Shown here piece after piece: positions 52,428 to 64,000 of a stretch of DNA of 64,000 nucleotides; the first letter of the stretch is position 1, and every line of letters begins with the position of its first letter. Below the pieces are notes generated by a model, which saw nothing but the letters and a program-made list of their open reading frames with translations, ran no database searches and was not told the origin of the DNA. The translations under genes were made by a program, and so were the position numbers. The stretch covers positions 25,482,001 through 25,546,000 of the forward strand of contig OZ024744.1 of the NCBI GenBank assembly GCA_964016885.1, in the 5' to 3' direction. This DNA comes from Eledone cirrhosa (taxonomy: Eukaryota).

Positions 52428-55400
52428 TTATGTAAAGGAAGGCCCATTCACACGGGCCATTCTCGCCACTTTCACCCACCTTTCATAAAAACGACTGGGG
52501 TGGGGCACCTCTCTCTCCATCCTGATCCTTCTTCCGATATCATTTCGGAAGAAACGGACCAGTTGTTGGCCAGAAAGAAAGGTGTCTGACCTCAGTCCTT
52601 TCAGACGCGTCCACCATACAACTTCTTTCACCATGGCTATTACGCACAGAAACACCGCCTGTCCTTCATCTTTGAAGGGGGGAGGCGGCTTGATCATTAC
52701 AATGGACTCGGTGGTCAACCGGATCGGTCCCACCCTTGACAGCAGTTGTTCGACATAGCCCCACAGATCGGCTACGCCCGAGCAGTGTACCAATGCGTGT
52801 GCAACGGTTTCCTCGTCGCACACGCATCTGGGACAGATCTTTTTGGCGGGGTCCCTACCCGGGCGCCCGTATCTGTAGAGCTTTTCTCGAAAGGGTAGAG
52901 CCCCTCAGTAGCACTGCCAGACCAGGGACTTCTGGAAGTTGTCCATAGGTCCCGGGCTGAATGTCCTACCGAACAGGCTGGCCAGTTCATCCTCCTCCAT
53001 GTCTAGGGCTTCTCCGAGGGCGTCGTCGCACCTGCTGCGTACCAGCCCTCTATAGAATGTTGCGGTGGAGTCTCCACTGATAACTGGATCCGCCTGCCGG
53101 AGGGCGGTGAGCGCCTGGGCACACTCAGTGTGCCAGGCGCCCAGTTTTCTCGGTCTTTGCTTGACCCAGGATTGCAGCTCGGTGAGTGAGACGAGTCTGG
53201 GAAAGGTTCGTCTCACAAACGGGGCCCACACCGGTTGACCGGAGAGGAATACGTAGAGGTGCCGTAGCCTTAATGCGTGTTTACGCATCATTAGACACGG
53301 CATCCCCAGCCCTCCTTTCGAAGCGTGTTGACAGCAGATGGATCTCCTCAGCAAGGGAGCCCGCTTCTTCCAAGGGAATTGGAAGTGCGCGCGCTCCATT
53401 TTGGCGAGGGTTTCCCTTGGGCAGGGCACTACGGTCAGGCGGTAGTAGATGACGGACGCTATATAGGTGTTCGCCACCTCCGCCCGACCTTTCAGGTATA
53501 GTTTGCAACTGGCCCACTTCTGGGTCAGTGCAAACACTCTGTTCGTAACCTCCGCCCAGTTTTTCTCCACTTGGAGGTCCGGTCCGAACCAGACCCCGAG
53601 CAACTTCACCGGGCCCTCCGTCCACCGTCCGACGACGCCATCGGAGGGCATCGATCTGCCCCACCACGTGTCGAGTTGCAAACCGATCGACTTGTCCCAG
53701 TTCAGCTTAGCCCCTGTGAACCTTTCGTACTCCTCCAGTAAGGTGCCGATCGCCCCGATTTCGTAGGCCGTCGACACCATTACTGTCACGTCATCGACGT
53801 AGGCCGACACCGCTTTCCGCAATCCCGGTTCCAAAGGGATGCCCTGCAACAACTCCAACTTCCGCAGTAGTGGCTCGAGAGTCAACACATACAGAAGGGA
53901 GGAGAGAGGGCACCCTTGTCCGATGGACCCCGCGATTTTGAACGGCTCCGACAGGTAGCCGTTCACCTTGACCCTAGAGCAGATGCGGCTGCTGTGCATA
54001 GCAGTGATCCAGCCCCTGAAAATGGCTCCGAAGCCTGCCGCTGCTAGCACCGCATCCAGGTAACCATGGTCGACCCTATCGAACACCTTAGATTGATCCA
54101 AGTTGATCAGAGCCCCACCAAAGCCGGGTTCGTTCCCAACCCTCTCTATGATGTATCGCATGAGGTGGAGGTTGTCATGGATGGACCTGGACGGGATAGC
54201 ACATGTCTGCGCATCTCCCACCAGGTTGCCCACGACAAGCGCCAACCTCTTTGCTAGCACCTTGGCCAAAATCTGTAACTCTGTATTTAGCAGAGTTATG
54301 GGCCTGAAGTTACTTATTACGTCCCCCTTGTTCTCGTCCTTCCTCACTAGCGTGACTACGCCCTTGGTCACAGTACAGGGAATTCTCTCGTTCTGTTGCC
54401 AGTTGCAGTAGACCGCCTCGAGGAGATCGAGGAACAAGTCCTGCATAGCTCGGTATAATTCGTATGGAAGACCATCGAGACCCGATGATTTGTGTTTGCC
54501 GCATTGGCTCAGCACGTCCTCTATCTCAGCGGCCGAAATCGGCTCCTCGCAGTACTTCGCCTCCCTGTCCGAGAGACGCGGCAGGCCGTCGAGGTATGGA
54601 CCGAAGTCCACATTCCCAACCGGCTCCCCGCCCCTCCCGAACAGTCGGGCAAAGTGCCTTTGAAAGGCCTCACACATCTGCTTAGGCTCAAGGATCGCCC
54701 GTCCATCCTGGTCTCGCAAAGACCGAATGGTGGATTTAGTTCCACTCTTGGCCTTTGTCACGCGGGCCCAGCTAACAGCTTTGGTCCCCTCGTTCCGTAG
54801 AGCACGTATTTTACTTCGGACAACGCAACCTTCGTGATTCGCGCCGAAAAACTGGCTCAAAGCCGTTCTCGACGCTAGCACTCTGGCCACGTCGCCGCTT
54901 CTAATTGTCTCTTCTACTCTATCTATTAGCTCCCTTTCCTTCTTATTCCTATCCGCAGCTAGAACCTTACTAAATTCTATCGAGACTACTCTAATCTCTC
55001 TCTTTAGAGATACCCACCACCTGCTGTTGACGATCGCTCCAGTCAACCGTTCCTTAACTAACGTACTAATCCGATCCCTGTAATCTCTACTTGCCGACAA
55101 GGACAAGTTGAGCTTCCAGTAACCGGGGCCCTGTCTATGCGTTCTATCAAGGTTGACCATGCAGGTCACCAACTTGTAGTCTGAATAGCCAACCATGAGC
55201 ATTTCTGGACAACTTAAAATGTCCCTGTCCTTATTTCTAACTAAAAATCTATCTAGGTACGACCTAGATGATCCGCTGCGATTTGACCAAGACCAGGTTG
55301 GCACCGTCGGAAAATCTAGTCGAAATCTATCGGCCAGGTCAAATCGGCCGAGTAACACCTTGAGGCTGTTGCACCCCTCTCTATCGGGACATGCCTCTGA

Positions 55401-55842
55401 ATAGTCCCAACGTGCATCCAGGATACCATTCCAGTCCCCCACTAAAAGCAGGGAACGGGACGTCCCTAGAAAAGACTCCAGACGCTGGAAAAAGTCGGGC
55501 CGCTCTGTCCCAAAAGGGGCATATGCGGCTACCAGCCTTCACCACTGCCAAGGTCCAGCAGCACCAGTCGACCCCCTGGGTCCAAGTGAACTATCTGTGT
55601 GGCAAGACCCAGATGTTTTTGCAGCAGAACGACAACTCCACCCCCACCTCCGGGCTGACAGAGAGATGCGTGCATCTCAAAGTCGTCAAAGGTGGGGCTA
55701 GCTGTCGCACGCTGCTGATCCGGGCCTCGCAGATAACCTTCACATTTATAGATCGTGACCTGAGGTCATTTAGAAGCATTGCTTGCTTCCAAGATGAGCC
55801 CAGGCCACGCGCATTTAGACACCCTATTCTTAGCACAGACAT
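52428..55842 (-). pseudogene. Copy D ORF2; longest intact stretch (845 aa), frameshifted near both ends
   Basis: GDWN, SYLDR, QGCPLS, SAYVDDV. Confidence 0.92.
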
Positions 55843-55866
55843 GTTGGTGGTAAGGAGAAAAGGCAC

Positions 55867-57477
55867 TTACCTCTCTGCGTCCCGGGAAACGGGCCGCTCA
55901 ATTTCCATGCTGGTTGGGGATGGGTTGTTGGGTGGGGTGGTGGTTTGTGGAAGTGAAGGGGCATCAGTGTGTTGTGTGGTTGGGGAGTTTGTGGTTGAGT
56001 GGGTGTCTGGGTGGGGTGGGGGTGAACTTTTTTAGGAGGACGCGGTTGATTGGCTTGGCGCAGGGGAGAGCCCACGTCCTCCGTGAAATTTGTTTTCAGT
56101 GATTTATAAAAGTTCATTGGGACTTTAATCATGTTTAAATGAGGTAGCCCCACAGCAGTTATAAAGTTAGGTCCTTCAGTTTGGACCGAAGGGTTTGATG
56201 CAATGTTCATTAGTTCATGTATGTATATTGTAAAGTCTTTTTGTGTGTAGCAGTTAGTGTTGTGTGACGGGGAGGGGTGGTTTGTGTGTAGTTTGTGTTC
56301 TCTTGGGGAGGGTTAATGTTAACAAGTGTGTCTGTGGTGCGTTTCCTCTTCTTTCTTTTTACTGTTTGGAAGGGATCTTTTTCGTCTTGCGACGAAAGGG
56401 GTTCGTCTTCCTTGTTGGGTGGGAGGGGTATGTTTTCTGGTAGTGTTTGCGGTGTGTGTGTTTTTGTATTTGTTTTGGGTGGGACATTATTCTGTGTTGT
56501 TTTTTCACGTGTTTGTTGTTGTTGTTGTGGTGGTGGTGGTGGCGGTGGTGTTGTTGGTTTTTGTTGTTGTTGTTGTTGTTGTTTTTGTTGTTGTTGTTGG
56601 GGTGGTGTTGGTGTTGGTAGCAGTGTTTTTTTCTGTGTGAGCTGGGGACAGGCAGCCCTCAGGTGACCTCTATTGCCACAGAGGTAACAGGAGGGACGCC
56701 TACCCTCCACAATAATGTTGAGGTGGGTACGGTCATCGAGCATGACGCGCTCAGGGATTTGGGCGATACGTTCTGGCCTTATTTGGGTCAGAACTTCGAT
56801 ACTCGTTCCACTGAACGCGTCGCCGGATGCCTTCCCTATTGAAATGAGGTTGTCCTCGTCTAAATTGAGGAAACCGGTTAGTAACCACCAGTAGTTTATG
56901 TTTGGGGTGATGATGGTTATCCATATTCTCTGGGTTTTTTTACCCGTGTAGGTGGGGAAGAAGGTGTGGTGTGTGGAACGAATTGGCGACACAAAGTATT
57001 TTTTCGCCGCCAATTCGTTCTATCATCAATATGGATAAACTCCCATAGAGTTTATCCTTTTGTATGAAAGTGATGTCTTTCATCGCTTCTTTCAGTACTA
57101 ACCGAATTTCAGCTTGAGATGGTTGTGCTGGTTTTTTTGTTTTATTTAAAATTGTACGGAATACGACTGTTCGTAATTCCATCTGTTTTTTTAGTTCTGG
57201 AGGTGAATTTATAGAAAACGAACCGTTTTCGCCAAAAGATACATATTTTTTGGCTTTTTCCAGCATTTCTTTGGCTTTTGAAATATCTTGAAGCACATAA
57301 GTGACTGATAATTTAGCCGTTTGTGCAAAAGATATTTTGTTTTCGTTGTTGGTGTTTGTATTGTTTTGTTTCTCGTCGTTTGAGTTGTGTTCATCTTTGT
57401 TGTTTTGTCTTTCTCGTTTGGTGTGTGGATACTTGTGACGTTTGTGTTGTTGTTGTTTTCGTTGTCTTTATTGTTGC

Positions 57478-57518
<41 letters not shown>

Positions 57519-57692
57519 TCAGTTTCTTGTATAGTTGTGGCTACATCAAGTTGTCGGTCAACAGGTGAAGACAATTCTTCCTCTGGCTGACCTCTGCCTT
57601 TGGCATCTGCTGCTGTGACAGTGGCAGGGGGGAAGCTGTGTGTATGACTTCCCTTTTCTATCTTTGATTGTTGGTGAAGATGCTTCAGCCAT
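55867..57692 (-). pseudogene. Copy D ORF1, disrupted
   Basis: MAEASSP..., poly-Asn, CYLCGNRGHLRAAC, poly-Gln/Pro. Confidence 0.85.
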
Positions 57693-57947
57693 TTTTCTCA
57701 AAATAGGATTTTTCGAAATTTTTCGAAAGATAAAATGATTACAACACTATTTCGCCTAAAGGCGTAGAATATTTTGAGAGACTGACCAGATCAAAATTTG
57801 ACCTGGCAGTCCCTCTACAAAATGGTACAAAAATGAAAGTTTACAGTTCACAATTTCCAGATAAATTTAAACGAAACTTACCGAGCGAGCTCAGCACATG
57901 TGTCCATCGTAAAGACATAGATAGATAAATAGATAGATAGATAGATA

Positions 57948-58708
57948 TATTTCTTTATTAGCCACAAGGGCACAAAAGAAGGGGACAAATACAAATCAGG
58001 AGTTTACATACAGGTATATGAAAATAAAACTATTAATAAAATAACAAATAACAATTGAAATCCCCAATAGGGGGAGGCGTTACACAGGGGTTGTACACAA
58101 CCCCCAAAAATATACAACCCTCATCTCCAGGAGCACCAAGAGTGAGTACAACCTTCCTCTCTTCCTCTTTTTCCTGAACCTACAGGCTGATATAGAGAGA
58201 AGGCCCATTCACTCGGGCCATTATCGCCACTTTCACCCAACTTTTATAATATTTGCTGGGGTACAGCACCTCTCTCTCCATCCTGATTCTTCTTTAAAAA
58301 TGATATTTGAGAAAACGAATCAGTTGTTCGCCGGAGAGAAAGGTGTCTGACCTCAGCCCTTTTAACCTCGTCCACCATATAACCTCTTTCACCATAGCCA
58401 TAACACATAGGAAAACCGCCTTTCCCTCGTTTTTGAAGGAGGGTGGCGGTTTTATCATGACAATGGACTCGATGGTCAACTGGATTGGTCCCACCCGCAA
58501 CAATAGTCGTTCTACATAGCCCTACATGTCGGTAACGCCCGGGCAGTGTACAAATGCGTGTGCGACGGTTTCTTCGTCGCGCACGCATCTCGGACAGATC
58601 TTTTTCGAAGGGTCCCTACCCGGGCGCCCGTGTCTGTAGAGCTTATCTCGAACTGGTAGAGCTCCTCGGTAGCACTGCCAGGCCAGGTACTTTTGGAAGT
58701 TGTCCATT
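57948..58708 (-). mobile_element. Tx1-clade copy E, heavily 5'-truncated (~760 bp), subfamily 1
   Basis: 3'UTR matches A rather than B/C/D/F; homology stops at ..GTTGTCCATT then AGATAGAT. Confidence 0.88.
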
Positions 58709-58729
58709 ATAGATAGATAGATAAATAAC

Positions 58730-61700
58730 TTTCTTTTTATTTGCCACCAGGGCATTAAAGAGTGGGACAAGTACAATGGAGGGAGTTTACATAAAAAGGC
58801 GTCCTCACCAAGGAGGAGGCAATAACAAAATATAAAAATATAAAAAATAAAATATAACAAAAATAAATTGAAAAACAAAATCCTCAATAGGGAGGAGGCG
58901 CCTTGGGGAGTCGCACACACCGCCGAAAAAAGTGTGCAACCCTTCTCCCCAGGAGCACAGAGAAAGGGTGCTCCCTTGGTCTTTCATCCTTTTCACCTAC
59001 AGTCTTATGTAGAGTGAAGGCCCATTCACACAGGCCATTCTCCCCATTTTCACTCATCTTTCAGAGAAACGGCTGGGGTGCAGCACCTCTCTCTCCATCC
59101 TGATCCTTCTTCCGAAATGATATCGGAAGAAACGGACCAGTTGTTGGCCAGAGAGAAAGGTGTCTGACCTCAGTCCTTTCAGACGCGTAAACCATACAAC
59201 CTCTTTCACCATGGCTATTACGCACAGAAACACCGCCTCTCCTTCGTTTTTGAAGAGGGGAGGCGGCTTGATCGTTACAATAGTCTCGGTGGTCAACCGG
59301 ATCGGTCCCACCCTTGACAGTAGTTGTTCGACATAGCCCCACAGATCCGCAATGCCCTAGCAGTGTACCAATGCATGTGCAACGGTTTCCTCGTCGCACA
59401 CGCATCTGGGACAGATCTTTTTCGAGGGGTCCCTACCCGGGCGCCCGTGTCTGTAGAGCCTTTCTCGAACGGGCCGAGCCCCTCGTAGCACTGCCAGTCC
59501 AGGGACCCCTGGAAGTTATCCATAGGTCCCGGGCTGAATGTCCTAACGAACAGGTTGGCCAGTTCGTTTTGCTCCATACCTAGGGCTTCTCCAAGGGCGT
59601 CGTCGCACCTGCTAACCACCAGCCCTCTATAGAATGACGAGGTGGATTCTCCACAGACAGCCGGATCCTCCTGCCAGAGAGCCGTGAGCACCTGGGCACA
59701 CCCGGTGTGCCAGGCACCCAGTTTTCTCGGTCTTTGCTTGACCCAGGATTGCAGCTCGGTGAACGAGGGGAGTCTGGGAAAGGCTCGCCTCAAAAACGGG
59801 GCCCACACCGGTTGACCGGTGAGGAATACCTGGAGGTGCCGTAGCCTTAATGCCTGTTTATGCATTATCAGCCACGGCAACCCCAGCTCTCCTTTCGAAG
59901 GGTGTTGACAGCAGATGGATCTCCTCACCATAGGAGCCCGCTTCTTCCAAAGGAATTGGAAGAGTGCGCGCTCCATTTTGGCGAGCGTTTCCCTTGGGCA
60001 AGGCACGACGGTCAGGCGGTAGTAGATGACGGACGCTATATAAGTGTTCGCCACCTCCGCCCGACCTTTCAGGGACAGTTTGCACTCGGCCCACTTCTAG
60101 GTCAGTGCAAACACCCAGTTCGTTACCTCACGCCAGTTCTACTCCACCTGGAGGTCTGGTCCGAACCAAACCCCGAGCAACTTCACCGGGCCCTCTGTCC
60201 AGCGCCCGACGACGCCATCGGAGGGCATCGATTTGGCACTCCACGTGCCGAGTTGCAGACCGATCGACTCGTCCCGGTTCAGCTTAGCCCCTGTAAACCT
60301 TTCGTACTCCTCCAGTAAGGTGCCGATCGCCCTGATTTCCGAGGCCTTGGACACCATTACTGTTACGTCATCGGCGTAGGCCGACACCGCTTTCCGCAAT
60401 TCCGGTTCGAACGGGATGCCCTGCAACAACTTCCGCAGCAGTGGCTCTAGAGTCATTACATACAGAAGGGAGGAGAGAGGGCACCCTTGTCCGATGGACC
60501 GCGTAATTTCGAACGGCTCCGAGAGGTAGCCGTTCACCTTGACGCTAGAGCAGATGCGGCTGCTGTGCCTGTCATTTATCCAGCCCCTGAAAATGGTCCG
60601 AAGCCTGCCGCCGCTAGCACCGCATCCAGGTAACCATGGTCAACCCTATCGAACGCCTTATATTAATCCAATTTGATCAGGACCCCACCAAGCCGGGTTC
60701 GTTCCCAACCCTCACTATGATGTATCGCAAGAGGTGGAGGTTATCGTGGATGGACCTGGATGGATAGCACATGTCTGCGCATCTCCCACCAGGTTGCCCA
60801 CGACAAGCGCCAACCTCTTTGCTAGCACCTTGGCCAAAATATATAACTCTGTATTTGGAAGGGTTATGGGCCTGAAGTTACTTATTTCGTCCCCCTTATT
60901 CTCGTCCTTCCTCACTAGTGTGACTACGCCCTTTGTCACAGCTCAGGGAATTTTCCCGTTCCGTTGCCAGTTGTAGTAGACCGCCTCGAGGAGATCGCAG
61001 AACAAGTCCGGCATAGCCAGATATAGTTCGTATGGAAGACCATCGAGTCCCGGGGATTTGCTTTTGCCGCATTGGCTCAGCATGTCCTCTATCTCAGCAA
61101 CTGAAATCGGCTCCTTGCAGGACTTCTCCTCCCTGTCCGAGAGACGCGGCAGGCCGTCGAGGTATGGTCCGAAGTCCATCCTTGTCTTGCAAAGACCGGA
61201 TAGTGGATCTACTCACTCTTATGGCTGTCACGCGGGCCCAGCTAACAGCTTTGGTCCCCTCGTTTCCCAGAGCACGTATTTTGCTTCGGAAGATGCAGCC
61301 TTCTTGTCTCGCGTCGAAGAACTGGCCCAGGGCCGTTCTCGACGCTAGCACTCTGGCCACGTCGCCGCTTCTAATTGCCTCTTCTACACTATCTACCAAC
61401 TCCCTTTCCATCCTATTTCTATTTGAGGCTAACTCCTTACTAAATTCTATAGAGACTACTCTAATCTCTCTTTTGAGAGATCCCCACCACCTGCTGTTAA
61501 CGATGACGCCCGTCAGCCGCTCCTTAACTAAAGTGCTAATCCGGTCCCTGTAAGCCTTACTTGCCGGTAAGGAAAAGTTGAGCTTCCAGTAACCGGGTCT
61601 CTGTCTATGCGTTCTGTCAAGGTTGACCATGCAGGTCACTAACTTGTGGTTTGAATAGCCAACCATGCGCATTTTTGAACAACTTAAAAAGTCCTTATCC

Positions 61701-62841
61701 TTATTTCTAACTAAGATCCTATCTAGGTACGACCTAGATGATCCGGTGCGGTTTGCCCAAGTCCAGGTTGGCGCATTCGGAAAATCTAGTCGATATCTAT
61801 CGGCCAGGTCAAATCGACCGATTAACCCTTTGAGTATGTTACACCCCTCTCTATCGGGACAGGCCCCTACGTAGTCCCAACGTGCATCTAGGATACCATT
61901 CCAGTCCCCCACTAATAGCAAGGAGCTATTAGTGGGGGACCTAGAAAAGTCTCCAGACGATGGAAGAAGTCCGGCCGCATTGACCCGAAAGGGCCGTAGA
62001 CGGCTACCAGCCTAAACACTCCGCCTTCACCACTGCCAAGTGCAGAACCACTAGTCGACCCTCCGGGTCCAAATGTACCGTCTTTGTTGCGAGACCCAGA
62101 TGTTTTTGCAGCAGAACGACAACCCCACCCCCACCTCCGGGCTGACAGAGGGATGCGTGCATCTCAAAGTCATCAAAGGCGGGGGCCAGCTTCGCACGTT
62201 GCTGATCCGGGCCTCGCAAATAACCATAACATCTATACGTTGTGACCTGAGGTCATTTAGAAGCATTGCTTGCTTCCAAGTTGAGCCCAGGCCACGCGCA
62301 TTTAGACAGCCTACTCTTAGCATAGCCATGTTGGTGGTGAAGAGAAAAGGCACTTACCTCTCTGCGTCCCGGGTATCGGGCTGCACAATTTCCATGAGGT
62401 CGGGGGATGGGTTGTTGGGTGGGGTGGTGGTTTGTGGAAGTGTAAGGGCATCAGTGTGTTGCGTGGTTGGGGTGTTTGGAGTTGTGTGGGTGTCTGGAGA
62501 GGGGGTGGGGAAGCTTTTTAGGAGGACGCGGATAATGGGCCTGACGCAGGGGGGGGGGACGTCCTCTTTAAATTTGTTTTTTAGTGTTTTATATGTGTCC
62601 TCTGGGGCCTTAATCATTTTGAGGTTGGGGAAATCCCCTGCCTGTGTGAAGTTAGGCCCTTGGGTTTTTACTAAATTGTTGTTGTATACAATGTTTAGCA
62701 GTTTTTTTATTTCTAGTGTTTATGTATGTGTATGCATGTTTTTGTTTTTGTGTGGTGTTTTCTGTTTGCTCTTGTTGTGTGCTCTTTTGTGTTGGTGTCT
62801 GTGTTATGTTTTGGGGAGGGGTAGTTGTCATTTGTGTGTCT
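58730..62841 (-). mobile_element. Tx1-clade copy F, 5'-truncated within ORF1, subfamily 2
   Basis: Homology to C stops at ..TTTGTGTGTCT followed by (AGAT)n. Confidence 0.9.
58997..62329 (-). pseudogene. Copy F ORF2, disrupted
   Basis: MAMLRVGC, GDWN, QGCPLS, SAYADDV; 95-bp deletion near 61178. Confidence 0.9.
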
Positions 62842-63024
62842 AGATAGATAGATAGACAGAAAGATAGATAGATAGATAATTAAGATGATACTTTATTATT
62901 GAACACAATACATTGGTAAAGAGCTGAACCGATTATCGTTATTCCGTGTGTCAAGAAAGTTTGAAAGGCCCAGAAATATTCTGATTGGAGAATTTATTCT
63001 TAGTTATTTATATATTTAAAACAG

Positions 63025-63180
63025 ATAATGTATGTCTGCCTGTCTGTCTGAGTCCCTAAAACTCGAGAACCACCCAGCCGATTTTTTTCAAACTTTACAC
63101 ATGTAATACTTATGGTCATGTGAGTGGTTTAAACAAAAAATATTTCAAATGTTCAATGCCTTAGGGATCGCATTAGGCGC
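63025..63180 (+). mobile_element. Possible non-autonomous Helitron/DINE-like fragment
   Basis: (TGTC)n followed by AACTCGAGAACCACCCAGCCGATTTTTTTCAAACTTT, reminiscent of such elements; ends not defined. Confidence 0.35.
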
Positions 63181-63430
63181 CGAACGTCGCGCCCTTATAA
63201 TATCTGTCTGTATGTATGGCTGTCTGCATTACGACATTATGACGCTATCTGTGTGTATATATATATATATATATATAGTGTGTAACGTTTTTCGAAATAT
63301 ATACTTCTGCGTTCACAGATTGATTTTTTTAGTTAACAGAAGATCCCGTTAAGGGTGAAAGCAGCGATTCTTTGCTTAAACTTTAATCTGTTATTACAAT
63401 ATATATATATATATAAACAATATAAAGAAA

Positions 63431-64000
63431 TACACAGATACATGCGGACACATACATATATTTGAATATATCCACATATATCCCTGAATTTGTGGTGCCA
63501 ACCTCAACCGTTGTTGCTCTATGAATAACTGGGACAAAATAATCCGAATGGATTAGATTGATTAAGTTTCAGAGCTATATAATACATTATAAAGAAAGAA
63601 GAAACATTAGATATAATTAATAAGATATACCATACACAAATTCCTCCATTACTCCTCGACTACGTAGTTTCGTGGCATATTATGCAAAAACACTACATCA
63701 CAGAGATACAGTATTCACTACATCACAGAGATATAGCATCTTTGTGAGGTTTGCCGACTTATCAAGAGGATACCTCATTTAGAGTTTCAAAACACATCCG
63801 TAGGACGCGAGATATAATCCTGAAAGGCGGAGGGGGAGTCAATCACGTGATATAGCGGTCAAGAAACAGAGCTAAGCCTCTTACACCGAGAAAAAAAATG
63901 CCACAAAAGGCGGCGGGAGTATTTATATCAAAGCCGTAGAAGAGATGGCTAGGATGGCAAGAAGTATGAGTAATGATAGCTTTCCAGCAGTCACAATGGT
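63431..64000. mobile_element. Diverged relative of the 591-bp HHR unit, running off the window end
   Basis: Colinear with 4650-5190 (ACACAGATACATGCGGACAC ... GAAACAGAGCTAAGCCTCTTA ... AGTATGAGTAATG); follows (TA)n. Confidence 0.8.
63653..63770 (-). ncRNA. Type I hammerhead ribozyme, U3-A8 variant (family 1, diverged copy)
   Basis: Stems and core match 4875-4962; only loop II differs. Confidence 0.75.

Larger units (their letters stand above)
52156..57910 (-). mobile_element. Tx1-clade copy D, full length (~5.75 kb)
   Basis: 5'UTR nearly identical to C; (AGAT)n on both sides. Confidence 0.92.

Noticed and set aside
52905-55442. 845-aa ORF as an active or domesticated gene
   Set aside because: Missing the N-terminal APE part and the C-terminal CCHC through frameshifts, and SDH is mutated to SDY; a decaying copy.
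52111-57938. AGATAGATAAATAGATAGAT on both sides of D as a 20-bp TSD
   Set aside because: The left copy is ~25 bp from D's 3' end, and TSDs cannot be delimited within a microsatellite.

Overview
Repeat-dominated eukaryotic DNA. The SINE family and microsatellite load suggest a cephalopod/octopus-type genome (inference). I cannot support any host protein-coding exon. (1) Six Tx1/L1-clade non-LTR retrotransposons (ORF1 with CCHC knuckle; ORF2 APE-RT-CCHC), all on the minus strand and all decayed. They form two head-to-tail stacks (11.9-21.6 kb, 46.4-62.8 kb) in which every junction is an (AGAT)n tract, consistent with a (GATA)n-targeting family. (2) Ten minimal type I hammerhead ribozyme (HHR) motifs of six unrelated sequence families, two with a compensated U3-A8 core. 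Most lie in non-coding direct-plus-inverted repeat units beside (TA)n, the architecture of Penelope-like pLTRs/retrozymes; a decayed Penelope-type RT relic lies at 42.1-42.5 kb. (3) Two R4/Dong-like RLE retrotransposon 3' ends and three related short elements inside (CATA)n. (4) tRNA-type SINEs, RTE 3' fragments, MITEs, a 9.2-kb minisatellite and many microsatellites. All family assignments and RNA structures were made by eye; none has been searched, computed or tested.
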